NCBI GenBank assembly: GCA_963736115.1
Contig: CAVTNR010000022.1
Span: 96,822 to 160,821, forward strand
Source: an uncultured bacterium
Lineage (GTDB): Bacteria > Zhuqueibacterota > QNDG01 > DTFT01
Reading direction: 5' to 3'
DNA length: 64,000 bases
Made by a program: the position numbers and the translations under genes. Under the pieces are notes generated by a model. The model did not search any database. It saw only the letters and a program-made list of their open reading frames with translations, and had not been told where the DNA came from. Of this stretch, positions 37,524 to 46,849 are shown in pieces. Each line of letters begins with the position of its first letter. The first letter of the stretch is position 1.

Positions 37524-37958
37524 CTAAAGGGTATAGGTCTCAGCAGCGGTCAACAGATGCTTGCCTGCGTCCTGGAGTATTTTGACCGCCTTGGCGGCTG
37601 CCTCTACCCGGATGATCATCACGGCGCGGTCGTCGTGCTTGCGCTCGAGAAAGGCGTACATGTACTCGATGCTGATCCCGGCCTTGCTGAACAGGGTCAG
37701 GATGTCGTGCAATCCGCCCGGCCTGTCTTCGATCTCCGTGGCAATGACCTCGTTCTCCCTCACCGTGAATTCCGCCTTCCGGAGGATACCCGCGGCGCGG
37801 TCGGGCGAGTCCACGATCAGCCGGAGGATGCCGAAATCCGACGTGTCGGCGAGTGCGAGGGCCCGGATGTTGATCTGGTTCTCCGCGAGAATTCCGGTGA
37901 TCTCCTCGAGCCGGCCGGCGCGGTTTTCCATGAAAACGGATATCTGCTTGACGAACAT
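37524..37958 (-). CDS. ACT domain protein
   Basis: KQISVFMENRAGRL, INIRALALADTSDFGILRLIV, DRPGGL and IEYMYAF. Confidence 0.93.
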   Translation of the reverse strand: MFVKQISVFMENRAGRLEEITGILAENQINIRALALADTSDFGILRLIVDSPDRAAGILRKAEFTVRENEVIATEIEDRPGGLHDILTLFSKAGISIEYMYAFLERKHDDRAVMIIRVEAAAKAVKILQDAGKHLLTAAETYTL

Positions 37959-37977
37959 TCCGGACCTCCTTGTCCCG

Positions 37978-39273
37978 TCAGATCTTCCGGTTGTCGATGA
38001 CCCGCTTGGCTTTTCCCTCGGACCGGGTGATGGTTTTCGGCTCCACGAGCTTCACCTTCACCGCGACGGAGAGCACGCTCTCGATTTCTTTCCGGATCCG
38101 CTTCTCGAGGGCTTCCAGGCCGCGGATCTCGTCGGAGAACACCTTTTCGTTCACCTCCACCTGAACCTCGATCTCGTCCAGCGCGCCCTCGCGTGTGACG
38201 ATGATCTGATAATGGGGAAGCGTCTCCTCGATGCCCATGAGCACGGTTTCGATCTGGGACGGGAAGACGTTGATGCCGCGGATGATCAGCATGTCGTCGG
38301 TCCGGCCCTTGATGCGGCTGATGCGGGGCGACGTGCGGCCGCACACCGGGCAGGGCGCATGCGTCAGGCTGACGATGTCCTTGGTCGCGTACCGCAGAAA
38401 GGGCGTGGCCCGCTTGGTAAGGGTCGTGATGACCAGCATGCCGTCCGAACCGTCCGGGACCGGCAGGAGCGTGTCCGGATCGATCACTTCCGGGTAGAAA
38501 TGATCGGACCAGACGTGCAGTCCGTCCTGACCCGGGCATTCCATGGCCACGCCCGGGCCGATGATTTCGGAAAGACCGTAGATGTCGTAGGCCTTGATGT
38601 CCCAGGCCGATTCGATCTCGCGCCGCATGCCCTCGCTCCAGGGCTCGGCGCCCAGGATGCCGATACGCAGTGTGCTGTGCCTCGGATCAATGCCCGCGGC
38701 CCTGGCCTGCTCCGCCATGAAGACTGAATAGGAGGGAGTGCAGGTGAGAATGGTGGTGCCGAAGTCCTGCATGAGCTGGAGCTGGCGCTGGGTGCCGCCC
38801 GAGGACATGGGCACCACGGCCGCGCCCAGCTCAAGCGCGCCGTAATGGACGCCCAGGCCGCCGGTGAACAGCCCGTACCCGTAGGCGTTCTGAATGATGT
38901 CCTCCCGTGTGCCCCCGGCGCAGGCGATGCTCCTCGCCATGACTTCGGACCACACCCGCAGGTCATTTTCGGTGTACGCCACGACCGTCGGCTTGCCGGT
39001 CGTGCCCGAGGAGGCGTGGATTTCCTTGATCTCGGACATCGGGACCGCGAACATCCCGAAGGGGTAGTGGAGTCTCAGAGTCTCTTTATCGGTGAGGGGA
39101 AGGGCGCGCAGGTCCTCGAGGGACTTCATGTCTTCGGGCGTCATGCCCAGCTTGTCGAATACGCTGCCGTAGTACTTGACGTTTTCATAGACGTGCCGGG
39201 TCACCTTCAGGAGCCGTTCGGTTTGTAGGGCGCGCAGGGCGTCCGGACTCAGGTTGTCGTGCTTGTGCATCAT
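37978..39273 (-). CDS. paaK: Phenylacetate-CoA ligase family protein (second paralog)
   Basis: [33 protein letters not shown] and [16 protein letters not shown]. Confidence 0.94.
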   Translation of the reverse strand: MMHKHDNLSPDALRALQTERLLKVTRHVYENVKYYGSVFDKLGMTPEDMKSLEDLRALPLTDKETLRLHYPFGMFAVPMSEIKEIHASSGTTGKPTVVAYTENDLRVWSEVMARSIACAGGTREDIIQNAYGYGLFTGGLGVHYGALELGAAVVPMSSGGTQRQLQLMQDFGTTILTCTPSYSVFMAEQARAAGIDPRHSTLRIGILGAEPWSEGMRREIESAWDIKAYDIYGLSEIIGPGVAMECPGQDGLHVWSDHFYPEVIDPDTLLPVPDGSDGMLVITTLTKRATPFLRYATKDIVSLTHAPCPVCGRTSPRISRIKGRTDDMLIIRGINVFPSQIETVLMGIEETLPHYQIIVTREGALDEIEVQVEVNEKVFSDEIRGLEALEKRIRKEIESVLSVAVKVKLVEPKTITRSEGKAKRVIDNRKI

Positions 39274-39373
39274 CCGGCCTTTCGACTGATTCTGTATCCT
39301 CGAATGCCCGCGGGCGCGCGTCCGCCCCTCCCGATTCCGGAAAAGGGACGGACACGCGTCCTGCGGAAAGCCG

Positions 39374-39553
39374 TCACAGTTTCTTCTGGATCTTCCTCTC
39401 TTCGCGGCCCCAGCGTTTCTCCTCAGCGAGTTCCTTGCGCCCCGGCCCGCCGTCCTTGTTCCAGCGCGCCACGCCGTAGGCGATGCAGAGAACCACGCTG
39501 GCGATCATCAGCACGAACACCAGCGGCACCCAGAAATCTCCAAGTCCCAACAT
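39374..39553 (-). CDS. Symporter small accessory protein (59 aa)
   Basis: Not in the ORF track. [33 protein letters not shown]...KIQKKL after an AAGGAG RBS, directly behind the SSS gene. Confidence 0.85.
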   Translation of the reverse strand: MLGLGDFWVPLVFVLMIASVVLCIAYGVARWNKDGGPGRKELAEEKRWGREERKIQKKL

Positions 39554-39617
39554 GTCGGATCTCCTTCCTTGAACGGATACGGTTTCGGTTGCCGACGCAT
39601 CGGCGGGAGCCGGCGGA

Positions 39618-41225
39618 TCAGCGGATGCCGTCGAAACATTTCTCGACGTGCTTCGGCGGAAGCCGTTTCCCGAAGTTGTTGGCCAGCAGGGTCGTCAGGG
39701 CCGACACGGGCAGGGCCACGACCAGGGGATCGACGAACTCCCACGTGGAGCCGAGCGCCAGCGATGCCTTGCCGAACAGCGTATTGCAGAGCATCAGCGG
39801 CGCCGATTCCTTGGTGTGGATGAAAAGCGTCATTAAGAGGGCCACGATAAAGCCGGCGAGGAATCCGGACACTGCCGCGGTCCTGTTGATGGAACGGGAG
39901 TACAGGGAACCGACGAACATGGGCAGGAAGGCCGTGGCGCAGAGCCCGAAGAAAATGGCGGTGCCGCGCGCGATGATGGCCGTGCCCTTTTCGAAGAAAT
40001 TCGGCAGCACCCACGCGAGCAGGAATGCCGCCACGATGGAAACGAGAATGCCCACCTTGGTGATGAGAATGGTCCCGCCCTTGCCCTTGATCCACTTCTC
40101 CCACACGTCGCGGCCCGCCGCCGTTCCTGCGACGTGGAACTGGGAGCTCAGGGTCGACATGGCCGCGGCCAGGAGGGTGATCATGAACACTGCGGTGAAC
40201 CAGTGCGGAAGGGCGTTCGTGATATAGAGCGGGATGATGTTGTCCACGTTCTTATCCGCCGCCAAAAACGAGATTTTACCGAAAGCGGGGTTGTTGACGA
40301 AGTACACGTTCGAGAGCGCGCCCACGATGAACGCCACACCCGTCATCATGAAGATGAAGAATCCGCCGGCCGGTACGGCCCGGTTCAGGTCGCGGTCGCT
40401 CTTCACGGTCATGAAGCGGACCACGAGCTGGGGCTGGGCCAGGACGCCGATGCCGACGCCGAGGATGATACTGGTGGTCAGAACCCACCAGTTCTCCGTG
40501 CCGAACGGCGGGAAGGACGTCCAGCCGGTGTGCCCCTTCGCGGCCAGCGGGGGCGGAACGAGATCCTTCAGGGCCGTCAGGGCGCGGTGCGCGTCGATCA
40601 CGCCGCCGAGCTTGACATAGGTGAACACGAGCAGAAAGGTCATGCCCACGAGCATCAGGAGTCCCTGGAAGGCGTCGGTGTACATGACGCCCTTGAGCCC
40701 GCCCATGATCACGTAGATCCCGATGATGGCCGTGAAGAAGAAGAGCGCGGTGTTGTAGGGGATGGCAAAGGCCTGGGCGACGAACTGGGCCCCGCCCATG
40801 AGGACGACGCCGGCGTAGAGCGGCATGAAGATGAAGATCAGCAGGCCCGACGCTCCCTGCAGGAAGCGGGAATCGAACCGGTTCCCCAGAAACTCGGGGA
40901 ACGTGTGGGCGTTCATGTTGAGGCCCATGCGGCGCGTCCGTTTGCCGAAAAAGACGAAGGCGATGAAGATACCGAAAAAGATGTTCAGGAAGGTCAGGTA
41001 CAGAAGCCCCATGCCGAACACCGCGGCGGCGCCGCCGAACCCAACAATGGCCGAGGTGCTGATGAAGGTGGAGCCGTACGAGAGCGACATCACGAGCGGA
41101 TGGACGTCGCGTCCGGCGAGCAGGTAGTCGGCCGCGGTTTTCGTCTCCCGGTAGCCCCGGTAGCCGAGGTAAACCACGATGAGCAGGTAGATGAGGACCG
41201 CGGTGGTGAAGACGATCATGTTCAT
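39618..41225 (-). CDS. Sodium:solute symporter
   Basis: DYLLAGR, STSAIVG, GGLKGVMYTDAFQ, QPQLVVRF and AAAMSTLSS; multiple transmembrane helices. Confidence 0.95.
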   Translation of the reverse strand: MNMIVFTTAVLIYLLIVVYLGYRGYRETKTAADYLLAGRDVHPLVMSLSYGSTFISTSAIVGFGGAAAVFGMGLLYLTFLNIFFGIFIAFVFFGKRTRRMGLNMNAHTFPEFLGNRFDSRFLQGASGLLIFIFMPLYAGVVLMGGAQFVAQAFAIPYNTALFFFTAIIGIYVIMGGLKGVMYTDAFQGLLMLVGMTFLLVFTYVKLGGVIDAHRALTALKDLVPPPLAAKGHTGWTSFPPFGTENWWVLTTSIILGVGIGVLAQPQLVVRFMTVKSDRDLNRAVPAGGFFIFMMTGVAFIVGALSNVYFVNNPAFGKISFLAADKNVDNIIPLYITNALPHWFTAVFMITLLAAAMSTLSSQFHVAGTAAGRDVWEKWIKGKGGTILITKVGILVSIVAAFLLAWVLPNFFEKGTAIIARGTAIFFGLCATAFLPMFVGSLYSRSINRTAAVSGFLAGFIVALLMTLFIHTKESAPLMLCNTLFGKASLALGSTWEFVDPLVVALPVSALTTLLANNFGKRLPPKHVEKCFDGIR

Positions 41226-41259
41226 GGAAATGCTCCCTCTGGTGCGTGACGGAAGCCCG

Positions 41260-42621
41260 TCACAGGTTGATGAACAGTTCGGCGCGGCAGAACGCTCCCG
41301 GGGTGCGCGGGAACGCGTAGAAGTCGCCCGGAACGAGGTGGTCGACCAGGATGTGGCCGCTGACGTTTTTGTTGAACGCGTAGCGGAGCCAGAACTGCAC
41401 TTCCTTGCCGCGGTTCAGGCCGTTGCCGGTTCCCCCTCCGGGGATCATCCGGTTTTCAAAGGCCTTCAGCAGGTAGAAATTCCCGTTCAGGGAGGCCTTT
41501 TTCGTGAACTGCATGGTGTAGGAGACATAGGGGGCCCAGATGTTGGTCCAGTAGGCCACCCGGGTGGAGCCCCGGATCACCTCGTTCAGGTGCGCGTAGA
41601 TGTACAGTTCGCTCCATTTCGGCCAACGCGAGAACAGGGGGTTCCAGCCCTCGTTGTCCGCGGTGGCGGGATCGTCGCCCGACAGGCAGATCGCGCCCGC
41701 TGAAATGGACGATTTGGACGCGGCATCGACGCTATAAGTGGCGTAGGTATATCCGCCGAAAGCCTTGTGATCGATCGCACCCTGGGTTCCTGTCTGGCCG
41801 GCCCATTCGCCGGTCACCGAGAGCTTCTCGCTGATGGTATACTGCACCCGGGCGCCCAGCGTGTTCAGGTCCAGCCGGTCGGTCGGCCCGCCGCGGTTGA
41901 TCCAGGGCTCCGGATCCTCGGTCTTGCGGATGAAGTATGCCTCGGTTTTCATCCGGGGCAGGGCGGTCGTCGTGACGTAGGCGCCGAACGCCTTCTCCGC
42001 TCCGTCATTCATCCACTGATCCGGCGTCTGGGCCTTGAGCTTGCCGTCGCTGAGTTCCGCGCCGCGGACCAGGGGCAGGCGGTCGTCGAACCTGGCGTTG
42101 TCGATGGCAAGCAGGTCGACCGCGGTTTTCCCCTTCTTCACCGACAGCTTCACCGCGTCATGGTAAATGGTCCGCGACCCGTCCCATGGCGCGCCTTCGA
42201 GAAGGATGAAACCCTCCCCGTAATTCAGGTTCTGGCGTCCCACCGTGAGGGATGCGGCCTTGCAGGGCGACTCCAGCTTCAGGTACAGATTGTCGCACAC
42301 GATTTCATCCCATGTGAAGTCGCGGTCCTTGGGGTCGCTCATGTATTTCCGGAATTCGTTCGTCAGCTTCAGGTAAACGGTGGCGACCGGCGCGTACTGA
42401 ACCTGTCCCCAGACGCTGGTGCGGATGCGGAAATAGTCCGTCTTGTCGTCCTTTGCCTCGTTCATGTCGCTGATGTTGTTGTAATACTCGTTGCGGATGC
42501 GTTCGGACAGGCCGAATTTGAAGGACAGCCCCTGATTTTCCTCTGCCCTGCCGCCGGCCGGAAGCCCGGCCAGCAAAGCGATGGCGACACACAGACGGAT
42601 CATGCCGTGTTTCCTCCCCAT
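41260..42621 (-). CDS. Outer-membrane beta-barrel (alginate-export family-like porin)
   Basis: Signal peptide; ERIRNE, VGRQNLNYGEGF and SGDDPAT...WNPLFSRWP; AAGGAGG RBS. Confidence 0.8.
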   Translation of the reverse strand: MGRKHGMIRLCVAIALLAGLPAGGRAEENQGLSFKFGLSERIRNEYYNNISDMNEAKDDKTDYFRIRTSVWGQVQYAPVATVYLKLTNEFRKYMSDPKDRDFTWDEIVCDNLYLKLESPCKAASLTVGRQNLNYGEGFILLEGAPWDGSRTIYHDAVKLSVKKGKTAVDLLAIDNARFDDRLPLVRGAELSDGKLKAQTPDQWMNDGAEKAFGAYVTTTALPRMKTEAYFIRKTEDPEPWINRGGPTDRLDLNTLGARVQYTISEKLSVTGEWAGQTGTQGAIDHKAFGGYTYATYSVDAASKSSISAGAICLSGDDPATADNEGWNPLFSRWPKWSELYIYAHLNEVIRGSTRVAYWTNIWAPYVSYTMQFTKKASLNGNFYLLKAFENRMIPGGGTGNGLNRGKEVQFWLRYAFNKNVSGHILVDHLVPGDFYAFPRTPGAFCRAELFINL

Positions 42622-42787
42622 GGAAGCCTCCTTTTGGGTGGATGAATTCGAAAAGAGAGTATCTTTCGGAGCGGTCGGGAATGCGGACAAGACGGGGTTG
42701 GCCATCGTCATCTCGATGGTTGGTCATTCCAGTTCATGAACCTGTAAGCGAGCGCCATTCTCAGCGCCGCAGGGGACGGTGTGCTTT

Positions 42788-42816
42788 ATTATATGGAATT
42801 TTTATTCGGGAATCAA
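42788..42816 (-). promoter_or_regulatory. Sigma70 promoter of the porin-SSS-paaK operon
   Basis: TTGATT-17 bp-TATAAT on the minus strand. Confidence 0.75.
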
Positions 42817-42931
42817 GAATATTTTTCGATTTTCTTGAATGTCATCAGGCTGGTGGTATCGCGAGGGGGATAAATACCGAATTCAGGATAAGGAATCATG
42901 CGGGCCGGTCAATAGTGATGCCGGCCGGCTT

Positions 42932-43639
42932 TTATCGGATACGGGCGGAAGGGGCGGATTTAATTTTCGGGAATATCAGAATCAGCAGAATCCCAGCGAT
43001 AAAGCCGCCGACATGGGCGAACCAGGCCACGCCGCCGGATTGGCCGGTTCCCAGGGCGCCCAGACCGTTTACGATCTGGAGGATGAACCAGAAGCCGAGA
43101 ACGACAATCGCGGGAATGCGGACGATTCGGATGAACCAGATCAGGAACACGAGCACTTGCACCCGGGCTTTGGGGAAGTGGATCATGTAGGCGCCCAGGA
43201 CGCCGGAAATGGCGCCGCTTGCGCCGATCATGGGAATGGTCGAATTCGGGTCCATGAGGACGTAGCTCATTACCGCGCCCAGTCCTGACAGGATATAAAA
43301 AACGAGGAAACGGAAATGGCCCAGGAGTGATTCCACGTTGTCTCCGAATATCCACAGATAGAGCATATTCCCGGCGAGGTGCATGAACCCGCCGTGCAGG
43401 AACATGGATGTCAGCAGAGTGAGGCCGGCAGGGCCGCCCGTCAACGACGCTTCCGGAAGACCGGGCAGTTCCGCGCCATGGATGATTTCCCAGGGAATGG
43501 CGCCGAAGCGCACCACGAAGGTTTCGTTCGCCGGGCCCAGCAGGATCTGGTAGATGAAGGCCGCCGTATTCGCCAGGGCCAGGAGCAGCGTGATGAACGG
43601 GAAGGAGCGCCTTGGATTTTCGTCGCGGATGGGAAACAT
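42932..43639 (-). CDS. Rhomboid intramembrane serine protease
   Basis: SMFLHGGFMHLAGNMLYLWIFGDNVE, GASGAISG and AHVGGF. Confidence 0.96.
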   Translation of the reverse strand: MFPIRDENPRRSFPFITLLLALANTAAFIYQILLGPANETFVVRFGAIPWEIIHGAELPGLPEASLTGGPAGLTLLTSMFLHGGFMHLAGNMLYLWIFGDNVESLLGHFRFLVFYILSGLGAVMSYVLMDPNSTIPMIGASGAISGVLGAYMIHFPKARVQVLVFLIWFIRIVRIPAIVVLGFWFILQIVNGLGALGTGQSGGVAWFAHVGGFIAGILLILIFPKIKSAPSARIR

Positions 43640-43651
43640 GGATGAAAGACT

Positions 43652-43830
43652 GTTCCGAGTTTCGGGTTCCGGGTTCCGGGTTCAACGCATGAGGTTTCGA
43701 GTTCCGGGTTTCGAGTTCCGAGTTAAGCGAAATCAATTGCTTTTATTCGATTGTTCAATTCGAGTAAAAGGGCCAGGAATCCGGATGGATGTGTTCTTCA
43801 ACCCGGAACCCGGAACTCGGGACCCCGAAC
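43652..43830. repeat. Heptamer-array inverted-repeat element (RGTTYCG)n-spacer-(CGGAACY)n
   Basis: gttccgagtttcgggttccgggttccggg...gtttcgagttccgggtttcgagttccgagtt ... aacccggaacccggaactcgggaccccgaact. Confidence 0.85.
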
Positions 43831-43834
43831 TGAT

Positions 43835-46075
43835 TTACGGCAGCGTGAATTCCCTGCGGTGCTCGGCGATGTTCCCGGACCGGTCCTCGAGCCGTATGTC
43901 GAGAACATGTTTCCCGGCCGCGAGCGGGTCCGCGACGCGGTGGGAAGCCCTGGCTCGTTCAGGGTCGTATTCAAACAGGATTTTCCTGCCGTCCAGCCGG
44001 ATCTCATAACGGCTTTCATCGCGTATTCCGGAGAGACGGTCCGCAAACCGGACAGTGATGTCCGGTTTTCTCCGCCGAAGGTCGGCTTTGCGGCCGAATG
44101 AAACGCCGGCCAGCGACGGGGCGATCGTGTCCACGAGCACAGTGAAGGCTGCGGGATTCCAGGTCCAGACGGACAGCCAGCCCTCTTCCCGGTCGTTTCC
44201 GAGGAAGTTCCACCCGCCGTTTTTCCGGCGGCTGTACACGCCGGTCTTGTGCTCCTTTCCGGAGGCCGCGGCCACGTCGAATCGGACGCGGATCCGGTCT
44301 CTCAGCACCAGATCCCGGGGCTCGATCACATAGAGTCCGCCGATACCGAAAGGACCGTTCGGAACCGATTCCGTCCGGATCAGGCCCCAGAAGGGCCGCG
44401 CCACCGAACCCGGCGGGAATTCGATACGGCACAGCCCATCCGGACTGATCATGACGCCGCCGTATTCCGGTGTGACGGAAAAAACCTGAACCGTGTCCGA
44501 GACCGCCCGTTCCGCCCCGGTTTCAGAGGCGGCTCGGAGAGCCGATATCATGGTACCGGTGAGCGCTTCGTCGTAGGGAAGAATGCCCGTGAACGCGCTG
44601 CGGGATTCCGGTATCAGGGGCACGGAAGCGGTGGACCAGCCGTTCAGCTCCACGTCGAGTCTGGGCGGGGCCGGGAGCGGGGAGGCGGCGCGCACTCGGA
44701 ACAGAAGGCCGTCACGGCCGAAGGATCGGGTGATCTCCGTCACGGGAGGGAGCGATCGGCCGGGAATGCCGCCGGACCAGCCGGTCCGCGGAAATGGAAT
44801 GCGGGGCACGGATGCCGCCAAGGTTGCCATTTCCACGGGGCCATGCGCCGTTGCGGTGTTGCCGGCGAAATCCGAAGTTTCGATCCTGATTTTGTGGCGT
44901 CCGGCCGTGAGGCGGAGCGGCCCGATCGCGTCCGCGGACAGGGTATCGGAATCTCCGACCCCGGCGGACGCGTCCCAGGTGCAGAGAACACCGGAGCGAA
45001 ACACGGCGGGCTCGTAGAAGGGAAGCAGGTTCCCGTCGTCCACGTACAGTTTCTGAAACAGCCCCCGGCCCGCCACGTCCAGGCCGCGGTCCCGATCGAG
45101 GTGCACTTCGCGGCCCAGGGCCTGGGGGAACCGGTCGTACCGGGAGGTAAAAACCAGACTGTCGTCCACGAAGAGCCGGGAAACGAAAGCCGAGAAGCGG
45201 TTGGCACAGCCGTCCGCCATGTCGAAGGCCGAGAACGACGCGCCGATGCTACCCCAGCAGCGGACCGGGCGGTCCCAAACGCGGCTGCCGCCGGACGCCC
45301 GCCGGAGCGCGACCGTCCGGGTGTCGAAACCGCCGTCGACATGCGAGCCGAAATCGAGCGGCGTGAAGGCCACGGCGCGTATCACCGGCGCGATGCGGTC
45401 CTGCACCGTGAAGCCCACGGACATCGGGTTCAGCGCGTCCCCGTTTTCGTCCCATATTTCAAAATGGAGATGAGGGGGCCCCGCGCCTGTCTGTCCGGTG
45501 AAGGCCACGGTCTGGCCGCGGCGAACGGGAAGGAATCCGCGATCGAATTCGAGCCCGATGTCGTGCCGATCCGCGCGGCGTTGTTCGAGACGGACAATGT
45601 CCTCGATCGGTTCGGCGAAACGCGACAGGTGGGCGTACAGCACGGTCCGGCCGTCGACGAGCCGGATCCTCAGGCTGCGGCCGTAGCTGTACGGATTCAC
45701 TTCAAGTTTTTCCACCCATCCGCTGTCCACCGCGAACACGGCCCATCCTTCCGTCCCCCAGGTCTTGACATCCATGCCGGCGTGGAGATGGCTGGAACGG
45801 TACTCGCCGAAGGACGATGTCATCATGCGGCTCGCGCTGGTCGGCCAGTGATAGCCGTCCGCCGCGGCCAGGCCGAGGAAAGGCAGAAGGCAGAGCCATA
45901 AAAAAAGGTTCCGGGTTCCGGGTTCCGTGTTCCGGGTCGGGCGGGACGCAGAGCGCATCGCGCACAGGGCATGGCGCGTTGCCGTTAAAAGGTTCCGGGT
46001 TCCGAGTTCCGGGTTCCGGGTTCGAGACGCGGGATAATAAGGTTGAACGTTCAACGGCATGGAATCATTCGACAC
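43835..46075 (-). CDS. M23 family metallopeptidase (start uncertain; the N-terminus runs through heptamer repeats)
   Basis: SSFGEYRSSHLHAGMD, YAHL and TGAGPPHLHFEI; C-terminal DTIAP Ig-like domain. Confidence 0.85.
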   Translation of the reverse strand: MSNDSMPLNVQPYYPASRTRNPELGTRNLLTATRHALCAMRSASRPTRNTEPGTRNLFLWLCLLPFLGLAAADGYHWPTSASRMMTSSFGEYRSSHLHAGMDVKTWGTEGWAVFAVDSGWVEKLEVNPYSYGRSLRIRLVDGRTVLYAHLSRFAEPIEDIVRLEQRRADRHDIGLEFDRGFLPVRRGQTVAFTGQTGAGPPHLHFEIWDENGDALNPMSVGFTVQDRIAPVIRAVAFTPLDFGSHVDGGFDTRTVALRRASGGSRVWDRPVRCWGSIGASFSAFDMADGCANRFSAFVSRLFVDDSLVFTSRYDRFPQALGREVHLDRDRGLDVAGRGLFQKLYVDDGNLLPFYEPAVFRSGVLCTWDASAGVGDSDTLSADAIGPLRLTAGRHKIRIETSDFAGNTATAHGPVEMATLAASVPRIPFPRTGWSGGIPGRSLPPVTEITRSFGRDGLLFRVRAASPLPAPPRLDVELNGWSTASVPLIPESRSAFTGILPYDEALTGTMISALRAASETGAERAVSDTVQVFSVTPEYGGVMISPDGLCRIEFPPGSVARPFWGLIRTESVPNGPFGIGGLYVIEPRDLVLRDRIRVRFDVAAASGKEHKTGVYSRRKNGGWNFLGNDREEGWLSVWTWNPAAFTVLVDTIAPSLAGVSFGRKADLRRRKPDITVRFADRLSGIRDESRYEIRLDGRKILFEYDPERARASHRVADPLAAGKHVLDIRLEDRSGNIAEHRREFTLP
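45907..46024. repeat. Two GGTTCCG heptamer arrays in the same orientation, inside the M23 5' region
   Basis: ggttccgggttccgggttccgtgttccggg and ggttccgggttccgagttccgggttccgggttcg. Confidence 0.85.
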
Positions 46076-46096
46076 TTCATACTCCGGTGAAAAAAA

Positions 46097-46849
46097 TCAT
46101 TTCTGAAGGACTGGAATCCAGACCTCGCCCTTGAAGCGTTTCTTGAACTCCAGCGCGTCCTTTTCAGAGCCGACCACGCTGCCCCAATGCATGGGCACGG
46201 CCAGGCGCGGATGGATTTCCGCGGCCGCTTCCGCGGCCTGCTTCGCGTCCATGGTATAGGTGCCGCCCACGGGCAGGAAGGCCACATCCACACCGATCAG
46301 GGCCTGCATCTCCGGAATCCGGTCCGTATCGCCCGCGTGGTAATAGGTCACCCCGTCCAGACGGAAAACGTAACCCACATGACCCTTGTCCGGTTTGTGG
46401 TTGGGGATTTTCAGGTTATAGGCCGGGACGGTCCGGATCTCCACGCCGTCCAGGGTCAGCGTATCGCCGGGCTTTACGGTTTTCACGCGTTCCGGATTCC
46501 CGGCGACGCCGGTCAGTTTCGCCGCGGCCGCGGCCGGCGCCACGATCCAGGTGTCCGGACCGATGAATTTCACCGCGTCCTCGGGCGAGCAGTGGTCCGA
46601 ATGCTCGTGCGTGACCAGAATCAGCCCTGCCGGCTCTCCGGTTGAAACCCGGTAAGGATCCACGCAAACAGTGCGGCTGCCGCGGATTACGAAACCGGCA
46701 TGCCCCAGCCAGCGGATATTCTTCGTCATGGCGGAACCCCCTGGGTCCGGATGGACTCCGGCGCGGCGTCCTGCGTTCGCGCCGCAGGATGCGAAAACCG
46801 CGGCGGAAAGGACCATCAGCAAAAGGCCGGGCCTATCTATCCGTTCCAT
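46097..46849 (-). CDS. MBL-fold metallo-hydrolase (possible lipoprotein)
   Basis: WLGHAGF, THEHSDH, YHAGDT, PVGGTYTM and PMHWG. Confidence 0.92.
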   Translation of the reverse strand: MERIDRPGLLLMVLSAAVFASCGANAGRRAGVHPDPGGSAMTKNIRWLGHAGFVIRGSRTVCVDPYRVSTGEPAGLILVTHEHSDHCSPEDAVKFIGPDTWIVAPAAAAAKLTGVAGNPERVKTVKPGDTLTLDGVEIRTVPAYNLKIPNHKPDKGHVGYVFRLDGVTYYHAGDTDRIPEMQALIGVDVAFLPVGGTYTMDAKQAAEAAAEIHPRLAVPMHWGSVVGSEKDALEFKKRFKGEVWIPVLQK

